64,000 bases of DNA from Clostridia bacterium (GCA_045545475.1 JAZQAZ010000047.1:1-64000), one strand, 5' to 3'. Positions 1-10,982 are shown, counted from the stretch's first letter. The notes: a model not told the origin generated them from the letters alone. Numbers and translations are program-made.

Positions 1-142
1 ATACAAATCCACATTACTTATTTATATAATATCAATATACAAAACCGTAATCAACCACGGATTTAAAAGGTTGATAGAAAGGAGAAAGGTATATTTGTAA
101 TGACTGTTAGATGAGTCATTTACATTATACCAGGAATAAAAG

Positions 143-769
143 ATGGCTGTTAAAGAATATAAAAAACTTAAATATGTAATTGAATACCCTCATGGCTATG
201 AAGAGGGAAAGCGTTATCCCGTGCTTTTACACATTCACGGAGCAGGTTGCAGAGGAAATGACATAAAAGAAGTGGAAAATCACTTTTTATTAAGGACCTT
301 GAGAAGAAAAAAGGAAAGCCGTTTTATAGTGGTTTCTCCTCAGTGCTATGCTGACACCTGGTTTGAGATTTTTGAGCAGTTACTGGATTTTACTGCGTTC
401 ATAAGAGAAGACAGTTATACCGATAAGGAGCGTTTTTATCTTGCGGGTGCATCCATGGGAGGTTATACCACCTGGCAGTTGGCGATGTCACGCCCTGAAT
501 TTTTTGCAGCAATAGTCCCGGTTTGCGGAGGCGGTATGTGCTGGAATGCCGCAAGACTTAAAAACGTCCCTATTTGGGCACATCACGGTATGCTTGATTC
601 TACCGTAAAGGTGGAGGAAAGTATAAAAATGGTAAATGCCGTAAATTCGGTAGGTGGAAATGCCCGTTTAAGCATATATGAAAATGTTTTGCATAACAGC
701 TGGGAAAACGCATACGATAACGAGGAAGTTTTCACCTGGCTTCTTTCACATAAGAAGGAGCAGAAATGA
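143..769 (+). CDS. alpha/beta hydrolase (predicted peptidase / phospholipase-carboxylesterase family)
   Basis: YPVLLHIHGAG, nucleophile motif GASMGG, HGMLD..V and C-terminal HNSW catalytic His. Confidence 0.85.
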   Translation: MAVKEYKKLKYVIEYPHGYEEGKRYPVLLHIHGAGCRGNDIKEVENHFLLRTLRRKKESRFIVVSPQCYADTWFEIFEQLLDFTAFIREDSYTDKERFYLAGASMGGYTTWQLAMSRPEFFAAIVPVCGGGMCWNAARLKNVPIWAHHGMLDSTVKVEESIKMVNAVNSVGGNARLSIYENVLHNSWENAYDNEEVFTWLLSHKKEQK

Positions 770-1650
770 ATTGTAATATCTGTCCCAGAAACTGCAGTGT
801 CGAAAGAAACGAAGGAAAATTTGGCGTCTGCGGTGTGGGAGAAAAGTTCAAGGTTTCCCGAGCGGCACTTCATATGTGGGAAGAGCCATGTATTTCAGGA
901 GAAACAGGAAGCGGAACAATTTTCTTTTCGGGCTGTAACTTAAAGTGCATCTTTTGTCAAAATAACGACATTTCCCACGAAAAATTCGGAAAAGAGATAA
1001 CCGATGATCGCCTTTTTGATATTATGTTTGAGCTTAAGGAAAAAGGGGCCGCAAATGTAAATTTTGTTACGCCGTCGCATTTTGCAGAAAAGTTAATCCC
1101 CGTAATATCAAGGGCAAAAAAAGAGGGACTTAATATCCCAGTCCTCTATAATTCCGGGGGTTATGAAAAGGTTGAAACCTTAAAAAAGCTTGAAGGCTTA
1201 ATTGATATCTATATGCCCGATTTTAAGTATTGGTCGAAAGCTTTAGCAAAGGAATATTCTGCGGCTGAGGACTATCCCGAGGTCGCAAAGTCTGCCATTG
1301 CTGAAATGGTTCGTCAACAGCCGAAAGTGGTGTTTTCATCCGACGGTATGATGAAAAGGGGCGTTTTGATACGCCATATGATTATGCCGGGATGTCTAAC
1401 TGATTCTGAAAAGGTTATGAAATACTTATATGAAACCTATGGTGACAGCGTATACTTTTCTATAATGAGCCAGTACACGCCCACAAAGGCGGTTTCAAAT
1501 CATCCTCTTTTAAGTCGCAGAGTAACGGAGGGGGAATATGATGCTTTAATTGACTTTTGCTGTGATATGGGAATGGAAAACGCCTTCACACAGGAAGGTG
1601 AAGCCGCAGACGAAAGCTTTATTCCGCCATTTACTTTGGAGGGTGTATAA
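766..1650 (+). CDS. radical SAM protein, PflX-like
   Basis: N-terminal CNICPRNC, HMWEEPCISG, CNLKCIFCQN (CxxxCxxC), DIYMPDFKY; ATGA-type overlap with upstream gene. Confidence 0.85.
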   Translation: MNCNICPRNCSVERNEGKFGVCGVGEKFKVSRAALHMWEEPCISGETGSGTIFFSGCNLKCIFCQNNDISHEKFGKEITDDRLFDIMFELKEKGAANVNFVTPSHFAEKLIPVISRAKKEGLNIPVLYNSGGYEKVETLKKLEGLIDIYMPDFKYWSKALAKEYSAAEDYPEVAKSAIAEMVRQQPKVVFSSDGMMKRGVLIRHMIMPGCLTDSEKVMKYLYETYGDSVYFSIMSQYTPTKAVSNHPLLSRRVTEGEYDALIDFCCDMGMENAFTQEGEAADESFIPPFTLEGV

Positions 1651-1668
1651 TAAAAGGAACTGTAAGTT

Positions 1669-2460
1669 TTACAGTTCCTTTTTTCTGTATTTAAGTGGAG
1701 ATATGCCAAACTCCTTTTTAAAAAGATAGATAAAATAGCTGGTGTCGTTAAATCCCGAATCCAGAGCGACTTCCGTAACGGAAAGGTCGGTCTCCCGTAA
1801 AAGAATCAAAGCATCACGAAGCTTTAAGGAGTTTAAATATGCACGGAGCGTCATACCGCAGTTTGCCTTGAACAGATGACTTATGTGGGATTTACTCCTC
1901 GAAAAGCTGGCGGCAAGAGCTGAAAGGGAAATATTCTTGTGATATTCGGAAAGAAAATTTATTATGCGGTCAAATTCATTGTCGGATTCTGCTTTGTTCT
2001 CATAAATCAAAGTTGTAAGCATATGAGCCAGTGGCGGAATTAAAATGTTTAACTTATCTTCGGGGATTTTGCTTTTTAAGGCAGAGTTCCAAAGAGAGCC
2101 TTCAGCCTTAGTGCCCTCTGACATATAGCCGCTTACACAAATATAACCTACGGCAGAATCTTTTAAAAACAACGGATATATAAATTCTGTAACTCCGGCG
2201 TGGCAGGTTGAAAGAATACTTTCGTTCTTTTTGCATCTTCTTAAAATGTTCTCCTGATTTTTAAGACATAAAGATTGTTTTAATCCCTTTACTTTAAGGC
2301 AATAAGCATTAGTATGAAAGTTCAATGGCTGTATAAAACGGATTAAGGCAGGGGAGAGACGACCGTAAAAGTTTTTGTCGAAATGCAGGGAAAGTAAAAG
2401 TGAGTGTTCTTTCTTGAGATAAGCTATATAATTTTTGACATTATCTATTAAAGTATCCAT
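1669..2460 (-). CDS. AraC family regulator with PocR-like N-terminal sensor
   Basis: CHAGVTEFIYP sensor motif; C-terminal SVTEVALDSGFNDTSYFIYLFKKEFGISPLKYR. Confidence 0.85.
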   Translation of the reverse strand: MDTLIDNVKNYIAYLKKEHSLLLSLHFDKNFYGRLSPALIRFIQPLNFHTNAYCLKVKGLKQSLCLKNQENILRRCKKNESILSTCHAGVTEFIYPLFLKDSAVGYICVSGYMSEGTKAEGSLWNSALKSKIPEDKLNILIPPLAHMLTTLIYENKAESDNEFDRIINFLSEYHKNISLSALAASFSRSKSHISHLFKANCGMTLRAYLNSLKLRDALILLRETDLSVTEVALDSGFNDTSYFIYLFKKEFGISPLKYRKKEL

Positions 2461-2569
2461 AGTTTTGCACTTTCTTTATATTTTTGACTTTTTTTATTAT
2501 AGAATGTTTATTAAAATATAATATAATTATAGCATAAGGGATCTTTATAGTCAAGAAAGGGGTATTTTT

Positions 2570-4345
2570 ATGCTTGATAAAAAAATTATAAATACAGACC
2601 TTTGTGTAATAGGCGGAGGAATGGCTGGCATTGCCGCCGCAATTTCTGCCGCAAGAGAGGGCATAAAGGTTGTCCTTATGCACGAGCGTGCGGTTCTTGG
2701 CGGAAATGCCTCCTCCGAAATTCGTATGTGGATTTGTGGCTCTCAGGGTAAAAATAACCGTGAGACGGGAATTATCGAGGAAATTGCCCTGGAAAACTTA
2801 TACAGAAACCCCACAAAGAGCTATGCCGTGTGGGACACGGTACTTTATGATTTTGTAAAGCGCGAGAAAAACATAACCCTGCTTCTTAACTGTTCCTGTA
2901 TGGATGCTGAAACTGAGGAAGGTACCTTCAAATACGGAAGAACAAAGAAAATTACTTCCGTTACAGGCTGGCAGATGACAACGCAGTGCTTTTATGAGGT
3001 TAAGGCAAAATTTTTCTGTGACTCATCAGGTGACAGCATCTTAGCCCCCTTAACGGGAGCAGAATTCAAAATCGGAAGAGAGGGAAAAGATGAATTTTCC
3101 GAGGATACAGAAAGGGAAGAGGCGGACAATTTCACCATGGGAATGAGTTGCCTTATTCAGGGAAGGGAAACAGATAAAAAGATTGAATATAAGGCTCCCG
3201 AATGTGCAACGCCTCTTACGGAAGAAAACTTCAATCACAGAAACCTTAATATAAAAAGTGACTACGAAAACTACTGGTATTTAGAGCTTGGCGGGGACAA
3301 AAACATCATTTCCGATACAGAAGTGCTTCGTGACGAGCTTATCGGTCTTGCCACAGGTACCTGGGACTACATAAAAAATTCCGGCAAGTTTGATTCAGAA
3401 ACCTGGGAGCTTGACTTTTTAGGATTTCTCCCCGGCAAAAGGGAATCAAGGAGGATGGTGGGAGAAGTAATGATTTCCCAGAGAGATGTCTCGGACGGTG
3501 TTATTTTCCACGATGAGATTGCCTATGGCGGATGGCCTCTTGATGACCATTTCCCGGGAGGCTTTTATCACAAGGGAGCACCCAACACCAACCGTATGAC
3601 GCCTGCACCTTACTCCATACCTTACCGTGCACTTTATTCTAAAAACGTGGAAAATCTTTTCTTTGCAGGAAGAAACATAAGCATGACTCATATGGCAATG
3701 AGCAGTATCCGTGTTATGGCAACTTGTGCACTTTTAGGTGAAGCGGTGGGAAAGGCGGCAAGCTTAGCTGTCAGAAATTCCCTTACACCCCATGGTGTAT
3801 ATGTTGAAAAAATGGGCGAGCTTCAGACTCTTTTGCAAAATGAAGACTCCTTCCTTCCTCACATAAAGCGTAAAATTTCTCCTCTCTGCAAAAATGCCGC
3901 ATTAAGCGGAGATGAGACTTTAAGAAACGGCGAAGACAGAATTCATAAGCTATACGGAGAAAAAACACCATACTTTGTAGAGAAAGGTAAAGATATAAGC
4001 TATCAGTTTAAAGAATCAAAGGTGAGCGAAATACATATCGTATTTGACAGCGATCTGGAAAGATGCACGCTTCCCGGCTCCGAGTGCGAAAGAATACATT
4101 CCACCCGTGCAAATACAAGGCTTGACAGCCCCGTGATGCATATGCCGAAAACACTCTGCCGTGAGTTTAAGCTGATTGGAGAACTTAACGGAGAAAAGAC
4201 AGAACTTTTGCACGTCACCGACAACAGAAAAAGATGTTATCATATAACTCAAGATAGCACTTTCGATTGCCTTACACTTGTCCCTATTGATATATGGGAT
4301 ACTGATGCAGAAGAAATCCCGGTAATTTCATTTGATTTTAAATAA
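2570..4345 (+). CDS. FAD-dependent oxidoreductase (FAD_oxidored family)
   Basis: DLCVIGGGMAGIAAAISAAREG, LGGNASSEIR, KRESRR, PYSIPYRALY, FFAGRNIS. Confidence 0.85.
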   Translation: MLDKKIINTDLCVIGGGMAGIAAAISAAREGIKVVLMHERAVLGGNASSEIRMWICGSQGKNNRETGIIEEIALENLYRNPTKSYAVWDTVLYDFVKREKNITLLLNCSCMDAETEEGTFKYGRTKKITSVTGWQMTTQCFYEVKAKFFCDSSGDSILAPLTGAEFKIGREGKDEFSEDTEREEADNFTMGMSCLIQGRETDKKIEYKAPECATPLTEENFNHRNLNIKSDYENYWYLELGGDKNIISDTEVLRDELIGLATGTWDYIKNSGKFDSETWELDFLGFLPGKRESRRMVGEVMISQRDVSDGVIFHDEIAYGGWPLDDHFPGGFYHKGAPNTNRMTPAPYSIPYRALYSKNVENLFFAGRNISMTHMAMSSIRVMATCALLGEAVGKAASLAVRNSLTPHGVYVEKMGELQTLLQNEDSFLPHIKRKISPLCKNAALSGDETLRNGEDRIHKLYGEKTPYFVEKGKDISYQFKESKVSEIHIVFDSDLERCTLPGSECERIHSTRANTRLDSPVMHMPKTLCREFKLIGELNGEKTELLHVTDNRKRCYHITQDSTFDCLTLVPIDIWDTDAEEIPVISFDFK

Positions 4346-4346
4346 G

Positions 4347-4381
4347 AAAAAAGTTCAGAGCCGCAGGCTCTGAACTTTTTT
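4347..4381. terminator. bidirectional intrinsic terminator
   Basis: AAAAAAGTTCAGAGCC-GCA-GGCTCTGAACTTTTTT between convergent genes. Confidence 0.85.
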
Positions 4382-5732
4382 AGTTTCTTAAAGAATGAAT
4401 TGGTGCGGGGATTCTTCCGCCACGTGCGATAAATTCTTCACTTGATGCTTTGTTCACGCTCATAACGGGGCCGGTACCAAGTAAACCTCCGAATTCCACG
4501 GTGTCACCCACGGCTTTGCCGGGAGCGGGAATGAGTCTTACTGCGGTGGTTTTGTTGTTAATCATACCGATTGCCGCCTCGTCTGCAATAATTGCAGAGA
4601 TTGTGGAAGCGGGAGTGTCTCCCGGGATGCAAATCATATCAAGACCAACGGAGCAAACACAGGTCATGGCTTCAAGCTTTTCCAAGGTTAAAGCACCGCT
4701 TCTTGCTGCGGCAATCATTCCCTCATCTTCACTTACAGGGATAAATGCACCGGATAAACCGCCCACATTGGAGCTTGCCATTACGCCGCCTTTTTTTACG
4801 GCGTCATTTAAAAGGGCAAGGGCGGCGGTGGTTCCGTGAGTACCACATTTTTCAAGTCCCATGGCCTCTAAGATTCTTGCTACACTGTCGCCCACAGCTG
4901 GAGTGGGGGCAAGGGAAAGATCTACGATTCCGAAAGGAGCATTTAAGCGCTTTGAAGCTTCCTTTGCAACGAGCTGACCGATTCGGGTAATCTTGAATGC
5001 GGTTTTCTTTATGGCTTCAGCCACCTTGTCTATGGGTTGACCCTGCATTTTATCAAGCACACACTTTACAACACCGGGGCCGGATACACCGACATTTATT
5101 GCGGTTTCAGGTTCGCTTACACCGTGAAAAGCTCCTGCCATAAAGGGGTTATCCTCAACGGGATTACAGAAAACAACCAGCTTTGCACAACCAAATCCGT
5201 CATTCTTCTCTGTAAGACGTGCGGTTTCCTTTATAATTTCGCCCATTTTCTTTACCGCATCCATATTTATACCTGCCTTTGTGGAGCCGACAGCAACCGA
5301 GGAGCATACAATGTCCGTTGTTGCAAGAGCCTCGGGGATGGATTCAATAAAACGTAAATCTGCGTCGGAAAAGCCTTTCTGCACAAGAGCAGAATAGCCG
5401 CCTAAAAAGTTTACTCCCACATTCTTTGCCGCTTTGTCAAGAGCCTTGGAAAGAGCCAAAGGATCGCCCGAAGCTGAAGCGATTATGGAAATGGGAGTGA
5501 CCGAAATTCTTTTATTTATAATCGGAACACCCAGCTCCTTTTCAATTTCTTCACCGGTTTTCACAAGATTTTCTGCCTTTTTGCAGATTTTGTCATATAC
5601 GTTGTCGGCACAGATTTTAGAGTCACCCGACATACAGTCAAGAAGGGAAATTCCCATTGTGATTGTACGTACGTCAAGATGCTCCTTTTGTATCATTTCC
5701 AATGTTTCGCCGATTTCAAAAGAGGTAAACAT
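4380..5732 (-). CDS. PFL family protein (UPF0210/DUF711)
   Basis: [59 protein letters not shown]; paired with ACT gene as usual. Confidence 0.92.
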   Translation of the reverse strand: MFTSFEIGETLEMIQKEHLDVRTITMGISLLDCMSGDSKICADNVYDKICKKAENLVKTGEEIEKELGVPIINKRISVTPISIIASASGDPLALSKALDKAAKNVGVNFLGGYSALVQKGFSDADLRFIESIPEALATTDIVCSSVAVGSTKAGINMDAVKKMGEIIKETARLTEKNDGFGCAKLVVFCNPVEDNPFMAGAFHGVSEPETAINVGVSGPGVVKCVLDKMQGQPIDKVAEAIKKTAFKITRIGQLVAKEASKRLNAPFGIVDLSLAPTPAVGDSVARILEAMGLEKCGTHGTTAALALLNDAVKKGGVMASSNVGGLSGAFIPVSEDEGMIAAARSGALTLEKLEAMTCVCSVGLDMICIPGDTPASTISAIIADEAAIGMINNKTTAVRLIPAPGKAVGDTVEFGGLLGTGPVMSVNKASSEEFIARGGRIPAPIHSLRN

Positions 5733-5744
5733 TATTAGACCTCC

Positions 5745-6014
5745 TTATATTCTGTGCATAGCGGAAAAAAGCTTCTGATTCTGGATGATTATATTAACAC
5801 CAAGCTCTTCTCCCACCTTGTTGAGTCCTTCGTTAAGCTCATCAAAGCTCTTTTCCGAAAGGGATGTGTCAACCATCATAATCATGGTGAAAGTTTCGCC
5901 CATGATAGTCTGGGAAATGTCTAAAATATTAACCTTTGATTCGGCTAAAAATGTACTTACCTTGGCAATGATACCTACGGTGTCCTGACCTACAACTGTT
6001 ACTATTGCTTTCAT
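5745..6014 (-). CDS. ACT domain protein (UPF0237)
   Basis: MKAIVTVVGQDTVGIIAKVS...NILDISQTI...AMHRI. Confidence 0.9.
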   Translation of the reverse strand: MKAIVTVVGQDTVGIIAKVSTFLAESKVNILDISQTIMGETFTMIMMVDTSLSEKSFDELNEGLNKVGEELGVNIIIQNQKLFSAMHRI

Positions 6015-6033
6015 ATATATACCTCACTTTTAA

Positions 6034-6771
6034 TTATTTACTGTTTCTTTGTCTTACCGCTTCGTATAAAAGTATACTTGCGGCGCAGGATGCGTTTAAT
6101 GATTCTGTCTGTCCGAACATGGGAATTGAAACGGAAAAGTCACAGTTTTTAAGAACCAATGGTGCAATGCCATCCCCTTCGTTTCCTATTACTATGGCAA
6201 GAGGGCCTGTCAGGTTACAGCGGTACATATTGTCGCCGCCGCCTGCGGCACCTGCAATCCATAAGCCTTCCTTTTTAAGAGCTTCAATGGTTTTTGTTAT
6301 GTTTGTAACCTTGGCAACAGGAGTGTAGGAAAGAGCACCCGCACTTGATTTTTCAACAACAGCGGAAAGTCCGACAGCTTCGTGTTTTGCGATTATTACA
6401 CCGTGAGCACCTGCGGCATTGGCACTTCTTATTATCGCACCTAAATTGTGGGGATCTGTTATTCTGTCACAGATTACGATAAAAGCATCCTCATTTTTTT
6501 CTTTTGCTATGGCAAGGATTTCATCAACCGAAACATATTCCTTTGCCGCCGCCTTTGCAATTACTCCCTGGTGGTGACCGGTTTCACTCATCTCGTCGAG
6601 CTTTTCGCCTAGAACATATGAAACGGGGATTTTCTTCTCGTTTGCAAGGGCGATTATTCTTGTTAAGGTGGCGTCGCCTTTTTTTACATATATTTTATCG
6701 ATGGCACGACCCGAGCGGAGTGCTTCCGTGACCGGGTTTCTGCCCTCTAAGGTATCCTTGAAATCTTCCAC
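6034..6771 (-). CDS. rlmB: 23S rRNA (G2251-2'-O)-methyltransferase, TrmH/SpoU family
   Basis: EGRNPVTEAL, HQGVIA, DRITDPHNLGAIIRSA, GNEGDG, ESLNAS; GTG start at 6771 after a GGAGG RBS. Confidence 0.9.
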   Translation of the reverse strand: MEDFKDTLEGRNPVTEALRSGRAIDKIYVKKGDATLTRIIALANEKKIPVSYVLGEKLDEMSETGHHQGVIAKAAAKEYVSVDEILAIAKEKNEDAFIVICDRITDPHNLGAIIRSANAAGAHGVIIAKHEAVGLSAVVEKSSAGALSYTPVAKVTNITKTIEALKKEGLWIAGAAGGGDNMYRCNLTGPLAIVIGNEGDGIAPLVLKNCDFSVSIPMFGQTESLNASCAASILLYEAVRQRNSK

Positions 6772-6895
6772 TTTTCCACCTCCGGAATTTAATAGACTAA
6801 TTATAGCACAAAAGTCCTTAAAAATCAACATTTATGCAATAATTTGTTGACAGAAATCTTTTTCACTGATAAAATATAAGTTCAGGAGTGATAAA

Positions 6896-8803
6896 ATGGC
6901 ATTAATAACATTAAAGGGCGGAAGTAAGTATTTCGGAGAGGAATGTCTTTTCGAAAGTCTTGATTTTCATATTGATGAAGGTGAGAGGGTTGGTCTTGTA
7001 GGCGTAAACGGTGCCGGCAAAACCTCTCTTTTTAAGGTGCTTACAGGGGAGATGAGCTTAGATTCTGGAAATCTTTTCATAGCACCGACTCTTAAAATGG
7101 GATATATGCGTCAGAACATCGAATATGATTCTGATAAAACTATATGGGAAGAGGTTATGGCAGAATTTACTTCCCTTCTTGAAATTGAAAAAGAGCTTGA
7201 AGAAATAAGAGTTGAGCTTGAAAAAGAAACCGCAGATACCGAAGGCAGAATAAAAAGACAGGATTACTTAATGCAGTGCTATGAGCGTGAAGGCGGCTTT
7301 GAATATAAAAGTCGTGCAAAGGGTGCTTTAATCGGTCTCGGATTTAAGGAAGCTGATTTTGACAGAAAATTTAAGTCTCTTTCGGGTGGCGAAAAAACAA
7401 GGCTTCTTTTATGCCGTCTGCTCCTTGGAAAATATGATATGCTTCTTCTGGACGAGCCCACAAATCACCTTGATATGTCATCAATCGAATGGCTTGAAGG
7501 ATTTCTTAAAGCCTACAAGGGTTCCTTTATAGTAATTTCCCACGACAGATATTTTCTTGATAAAACAACCAACAAAACTCTCGGTATGAGCCATGGAAAA
7601 ATTACGTCCTATACAGGTTCATATTCCGACTTCATAAAGAAGAAGGATGCCGACGATGCGGCAAAGACAAAAAAATATGAACTTCAGAAAAAAGAGATAA
7701 AACGTCTTGAAGGAATTATAGAACAGCAGAAGCGTTGGGGCAGGGAGAAGAACATAAAAACTGCGGAAAGTAAACAGAAAATGATTGATCGTATCGCAGA
7801 AAGCATGGAAACTCCCGAAGAAGCGGAAAAGGCAATTCGTTTCAGTTTCAACGTAAAAGAGGGCGGAGCCAACGAGGTGCTTACTGCGGAACACGTAAAT
7901 AAAGCCTTTGGTTCAAAAACTCTTTTGTCCGATGCTGAAATGAAAATTATGAAGGGAGAGAGAGTTTTCTTAATCGGAGATAACGGATGCGGAAAAACTA
8001 CTCTTCTTAAAATGATACTAGGCCAGGAAGCGGCAGACTACGGCGTTATAAGAATAGGGAACGGAATATCCATAGGATATTATGAACAGCAGCATATGAG
8101 TCTGGATCCCTATAAAACTGTTTACGATACTCTTTCCGACGCCTATCCCTTTATGGACAGAACGGAAATAAGAAGTGCACTTGCGGCATTTTTGTTCCGA
8201 GGAGAAGACTGCTTCAAGGAAATTTCCTCCCTTTCGGGCGGAGAAAAGGCTAGAGTACTTTTAAGTAAAATAATGCTTTCCGAAGCAAACTTCTTGATTC
8301 TTGACGAGCCTACAAACCATCTGGACATTTTCTCGAAAGAGGCACTTGAAGATGCACTCCGTAGCTACGAAGGAACGATACTCGCCGTTTCACATGACAG
8401 ATATTTTATAAACAGTACGGCAGATAAGATATATAAAATGGAAAACGGACAACTTACCTGCTACAACGGAAACTATGACTATTGCCTGGAAAAGACAAGA
8501 GAACAGAAACTTTCAGGTGCTGCAGCGGAAATAAAAAACGGAGGCCTTGATTATAAAAAACAAAAGGAACTTGCCGCAAGTATAAGGAAAGCGGAGAACC
8601 TTATTTCAAGGACGGAAAAGGAAATAGCCGAATGTGAAGAAAGAATAGATAAAATTACAAACCTCATGTTTTCAGAGGAAGGTAATGACGCCGCTAAAGC
8701 TCTTTTATGGCATAATGAAAAGACAGAGCTTGAAGAAAAACTTATGGAGCTTTACGAAATCTGGGAAAAGGCCGGGGAAGAGCTTTCCGCTCTTAAAAAT
8801 TAA
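6896..8803 (+). CDS. ABC-F family ATPase
   Basis: two ABC cassettes (GVNGAGKT, LSGGEK, LDEPTNHLD twice), no transmembrane segments, C-terminal coiled coil. Confidence 0.92.
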   Translation: MALITLKGGSKYFGEECLFESLDFHIDEGERVGLVGVNGAGKTSLFKVLTGEMSLDSGNLFIAPTLKMGYMRQNIEYDSDKTIWEEVMAEFTSLLEIEKELEEIRVELEKETADTEGRIKRQDYLMQCYEREGGFEYKSRAKGALIGLGFKEADFDRKFKSLSGGEKTRLLLCRLLLGKYDMLLLDEPTNHLDMSSIEWLEGFLKAYKGSFIVISHDRYFLDKTTNKTLGMSHGKITSYTGSYSDFIKKKDADDAAKTKKYELQKKEIKRLEGIIEQQKRWGREKNIKTAESKQKMIDRIAESMETPEEAEKAIRFSFNVKEGGANEVLTAEHVNKAFGSKTLLSDAEMKIMKGERVFLIGDNGCGKTTLLKMILGQEAADYGVIRIGNGISIGYYEQQHMSLDPYKTVYDTLSDAYPFMDRTEIRSALAAFLFRGEDCFKEISSLSGGEKARVLLSKIMLSEANFLILDEPTNHLDIFSKEALEDALRSYEGTILAVSHDRYFINSTADKIYKMENGQLTCYNGNYDYCLEKTREQKLSGAAAEIKNGGLDYKKQKELAASIRKAENLISRTEKEIAECEERIDKITNLMFSEEGNDAAKALLWHNEKTELEEKLMELYEIWEKAGEELSALKN

Positions 8804-8886
8804 TCTTGCAATATGGTAATTTATAGTGTATAATGTAATGATAGAAAATTTCTAAAGAAAACGCTAAAGAAAGTGTGGTAAATATT

Positions 8887-10386
8887 ATGGCAGAAAATAT
8901 TACAAATGCTCCCGAAAAGGAAGTTGACTTAAACGAGCTTATGAAGGTTCGTCGCGAAAAGCTTGCTGCATTGCAGGAAGCAGGATGCGACCCTTTTACA
9001 ATTACAAAGTATGACGTGACACATCACGGTGAAGAAGTAAAGGCAAATTATGATGAGCTTGAAGGCAAGGAGGTTTCCATTGCCGGAAGAATGATGTCAA
9101 AGCGTATTATGGGTAAGGCATCCTTCTGTCACATTCAGGACTTGAAGGGTACAATCCAGGTATACGTTGCCAGAGATGCTGTGGGCGAGGAAGAATATGC
9201 AGCATTCAAGAAGTATGACATCGGCGATATGGTTGGTGTTGTTGGTACAGTATTCAAGACAAAAACTGAAGAAATTTCCATACATGCAACACGCCTTACT
9301 TTACTCACTAAGAGCCTTCGTCCCCTTCCCGAGAAATTCCACGGCCTCACAAATACCGATATGCGTTACCGTCAGAGATATTTAGACCTTGTTATGAATC
9401 CCGAATCAAAGGATACATTCATAAAGCGTTCGAAGATTATAAGCACAATCCGTCGTTTCCTTGACGGACAGGGCTTTATCGAAGTTGAAACTCCCATGCT
9501 TGTTGCAAATGCAGGCGGTGCTGCAGCACGTCCTTTTGAAACACATTTCAATGCACTTAATGAGGACTTCAAGCTTCGTATTTCCCTTGAGCTTTACTTA
9601 AAGAGATTAATCGTAGGCGGCCTTGAAAGAGTTTACGAAATCGGAAGAGTGTTCAGAAACGAAGGTCTTGATACCCGTCACAATCCCGAGTTCACTCTTA
9701 TGGAGCTTTATCAGGCATATACCGATTACCACGGTATGATGGATTTGACAGAAAATCTTTTCCGTCACGTGGCCCAGGAAGTTTTGGGAACAACAAAAAT
9801 TTCCTATAACGGTGTTGAAATGGACCTTGGAAAACCTTTCGAAAGAATCACAATGCTTGATGCTGTAAAGAAGTATTCCGGTGTTGACTTTAACGAAATC
9901 ACCACATTGGAAGAGGCAAGAAAGGCTGCAGACGAACATCACGTTGAATATGAAGAGCGTCACAAGAAGGGCGATATCTTAAACCTCTTCTTTGAAGCTT
10001 TCGTTGAAGAACATCTTATTCAGCCCACATTCGTAATGGATCATCCTATAGAGATTTCTCCTCTTACCAAGAAGAAGCCCGAAAACCCCGACTATGTTGA
10101 GCGTTTTGAGTTCTTTATGAACGGTTGGGAAATGGCAAACGCATATTCCGAGCTTAACGATCCCATAGACCAAAGAGAGCGTTTTGCCGCTCAGGAAGAG
10201 CAGTTTGCAAACGGTGATGAGGAAGCAAACCACACCGACGAGGATTTCTTGAATGCTCTTGAAATCGGTATGCCTCCCACAGGCGGTATCGGATACGGTA
10301 TTGACCGTATGTGTATGCTCTTTACAGATTCTGCCGCAATCAGAGACGTATTGTTCTTCCCAACAATGAAGACTTTGGATAAGTAA
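8887..10386 (+). CDS. lysS: lysine--tRNA ligase (class II)
   Basis: [43 protein letters not shown]. Confidence 0.98.
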   Translation: MAENITNAPEKEVDLNELMKVRREKLAALQEAGCDPFTITKYDVTHHGEEVKANYDELEGKEVSIAGRMMSKRIMGKASFCHIQDLKGTIQVYVARDAVGEEEYAAFKKYDIGDMVGVVGTVFKTKTEEISIHATRLTLLTKSLRPLPEKFHGLTNTDMRYRQRYLDLVMNPESKDTFIKRSKIISTIRRFLDGQGFIEVETPMLVANAGGAAARPFETHFNALNEDFKLRISLELYLKRLIVGGLERVYEIGRVFRNEGLDTRHNPEFTLMELYQAYTDYHGMMDLTENLFRHVAQEVLGTTKISYNGVEMDLGKPFERITMLDAVKKYSGVDFNEITTLEEARKAADEHHVEYEERHKKGDILNLFFEAFVEEHLIQPTFVMDHPIEISPLTKKKPENPDYVERFEFFMNGWEMANAYSELNDPIDQRERFAAQEEQFANGDEEANHTDEDFLNALEIGMPPTGGIGYGIDRMCMLFTDSAAIRDVLFFPTMKTLDK

Positions 10387-10552
10387 TAAAACGGGGCCAT
10401 GTGCATCGCGGCCCCATTTTTACACCGTTATCTTTTATAGAGAGAAATACATGTGGCGCAAAATAATATGACGAAAAATACATGGAAATATATCTTTAAT
10501 ATGTTATAATTATTCTATAGCGAACTATGGCTACATTAAAGGGGTGATTTTA

Positions 10553-10681
10553 ATGAAGAAAGTATACGAAGCACCTACAGCAGAACTTGAAATCATTACA
10601 ACTAAAGATATTATCGCTTTAAGCGGAATTGACGAGTCAGTCGATATGAGTAGCTTTGCGATAATCGAAATGGATTTCTAA
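10553..10681 (+). CDS. 42-aa peptide with YxxP leader motif (putative RiPP precursor-like), absent from ORF track
   Basis: MKKVYEAPTAELEIITTKDIIALSGIDESVDMSSFAIIEMDF; GGGGTG RBS, TGnTATAAT at ~10502-10510, hairpin GGAATGG/CCATTCC downstream. Confidence 0.75.
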   Translation: MKKVYEAPTAELEIITTKDIIALSGIDESVDMSSFAIIEMDF

Positions 10682-10826
10682 TATAATTCGGTGCAATTGA
10701 ATTAAATAGGCTAGGAATGGTCAAGGCCATTCCTTGTTTTGGTGCAACCGGATATATAAACGAAAGGCTGTAAGAGGAGTGCTTCTTGCAGCAATAAAAA
10801 AAGTTTTAAAATTTTGAAAAAAAGTC

Positions 10827-10855
10827 TTGACAAATGCCTGGAATGTTGCTATAAT
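10827..10855 (+). promoter_or_regulatory. sigma-A promoter of tRNA-Leu/Gln operon
   Basis: TTGACA-17 bp-TATAAT with A-tract UP element. Confidence 0.85.
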
Positions 10856-10898
10856 ATAATACGTGCTCTGTGAGAGTGACAACTCAATAAAACGGTAT

Positions 10899-10982
10899 GC
10901 GAGAGTGGCGGAACTGGCAGACGCGCACGTTTAAGGGGCGTGTGATTTCATCGTACGGGTTCAATTCCCGTCTCTCGCACCA
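10899..10982 (+). tRNA. tRNA-Leu (anticodon AAG)
   Basis: acceptor GCGAGAG/CTCTCGC, A73, CCA, long variable arm; anticodon stem CACGT/GCGTG, loop TT-AAG-GG. Confidence 0.93.

Noticed and set aside
10899-10982. Reading the Leu anticodon as TAA
   Set aside because: That register gives no pairing anticodon stem; CACGT/GCGTG fixes AAG.
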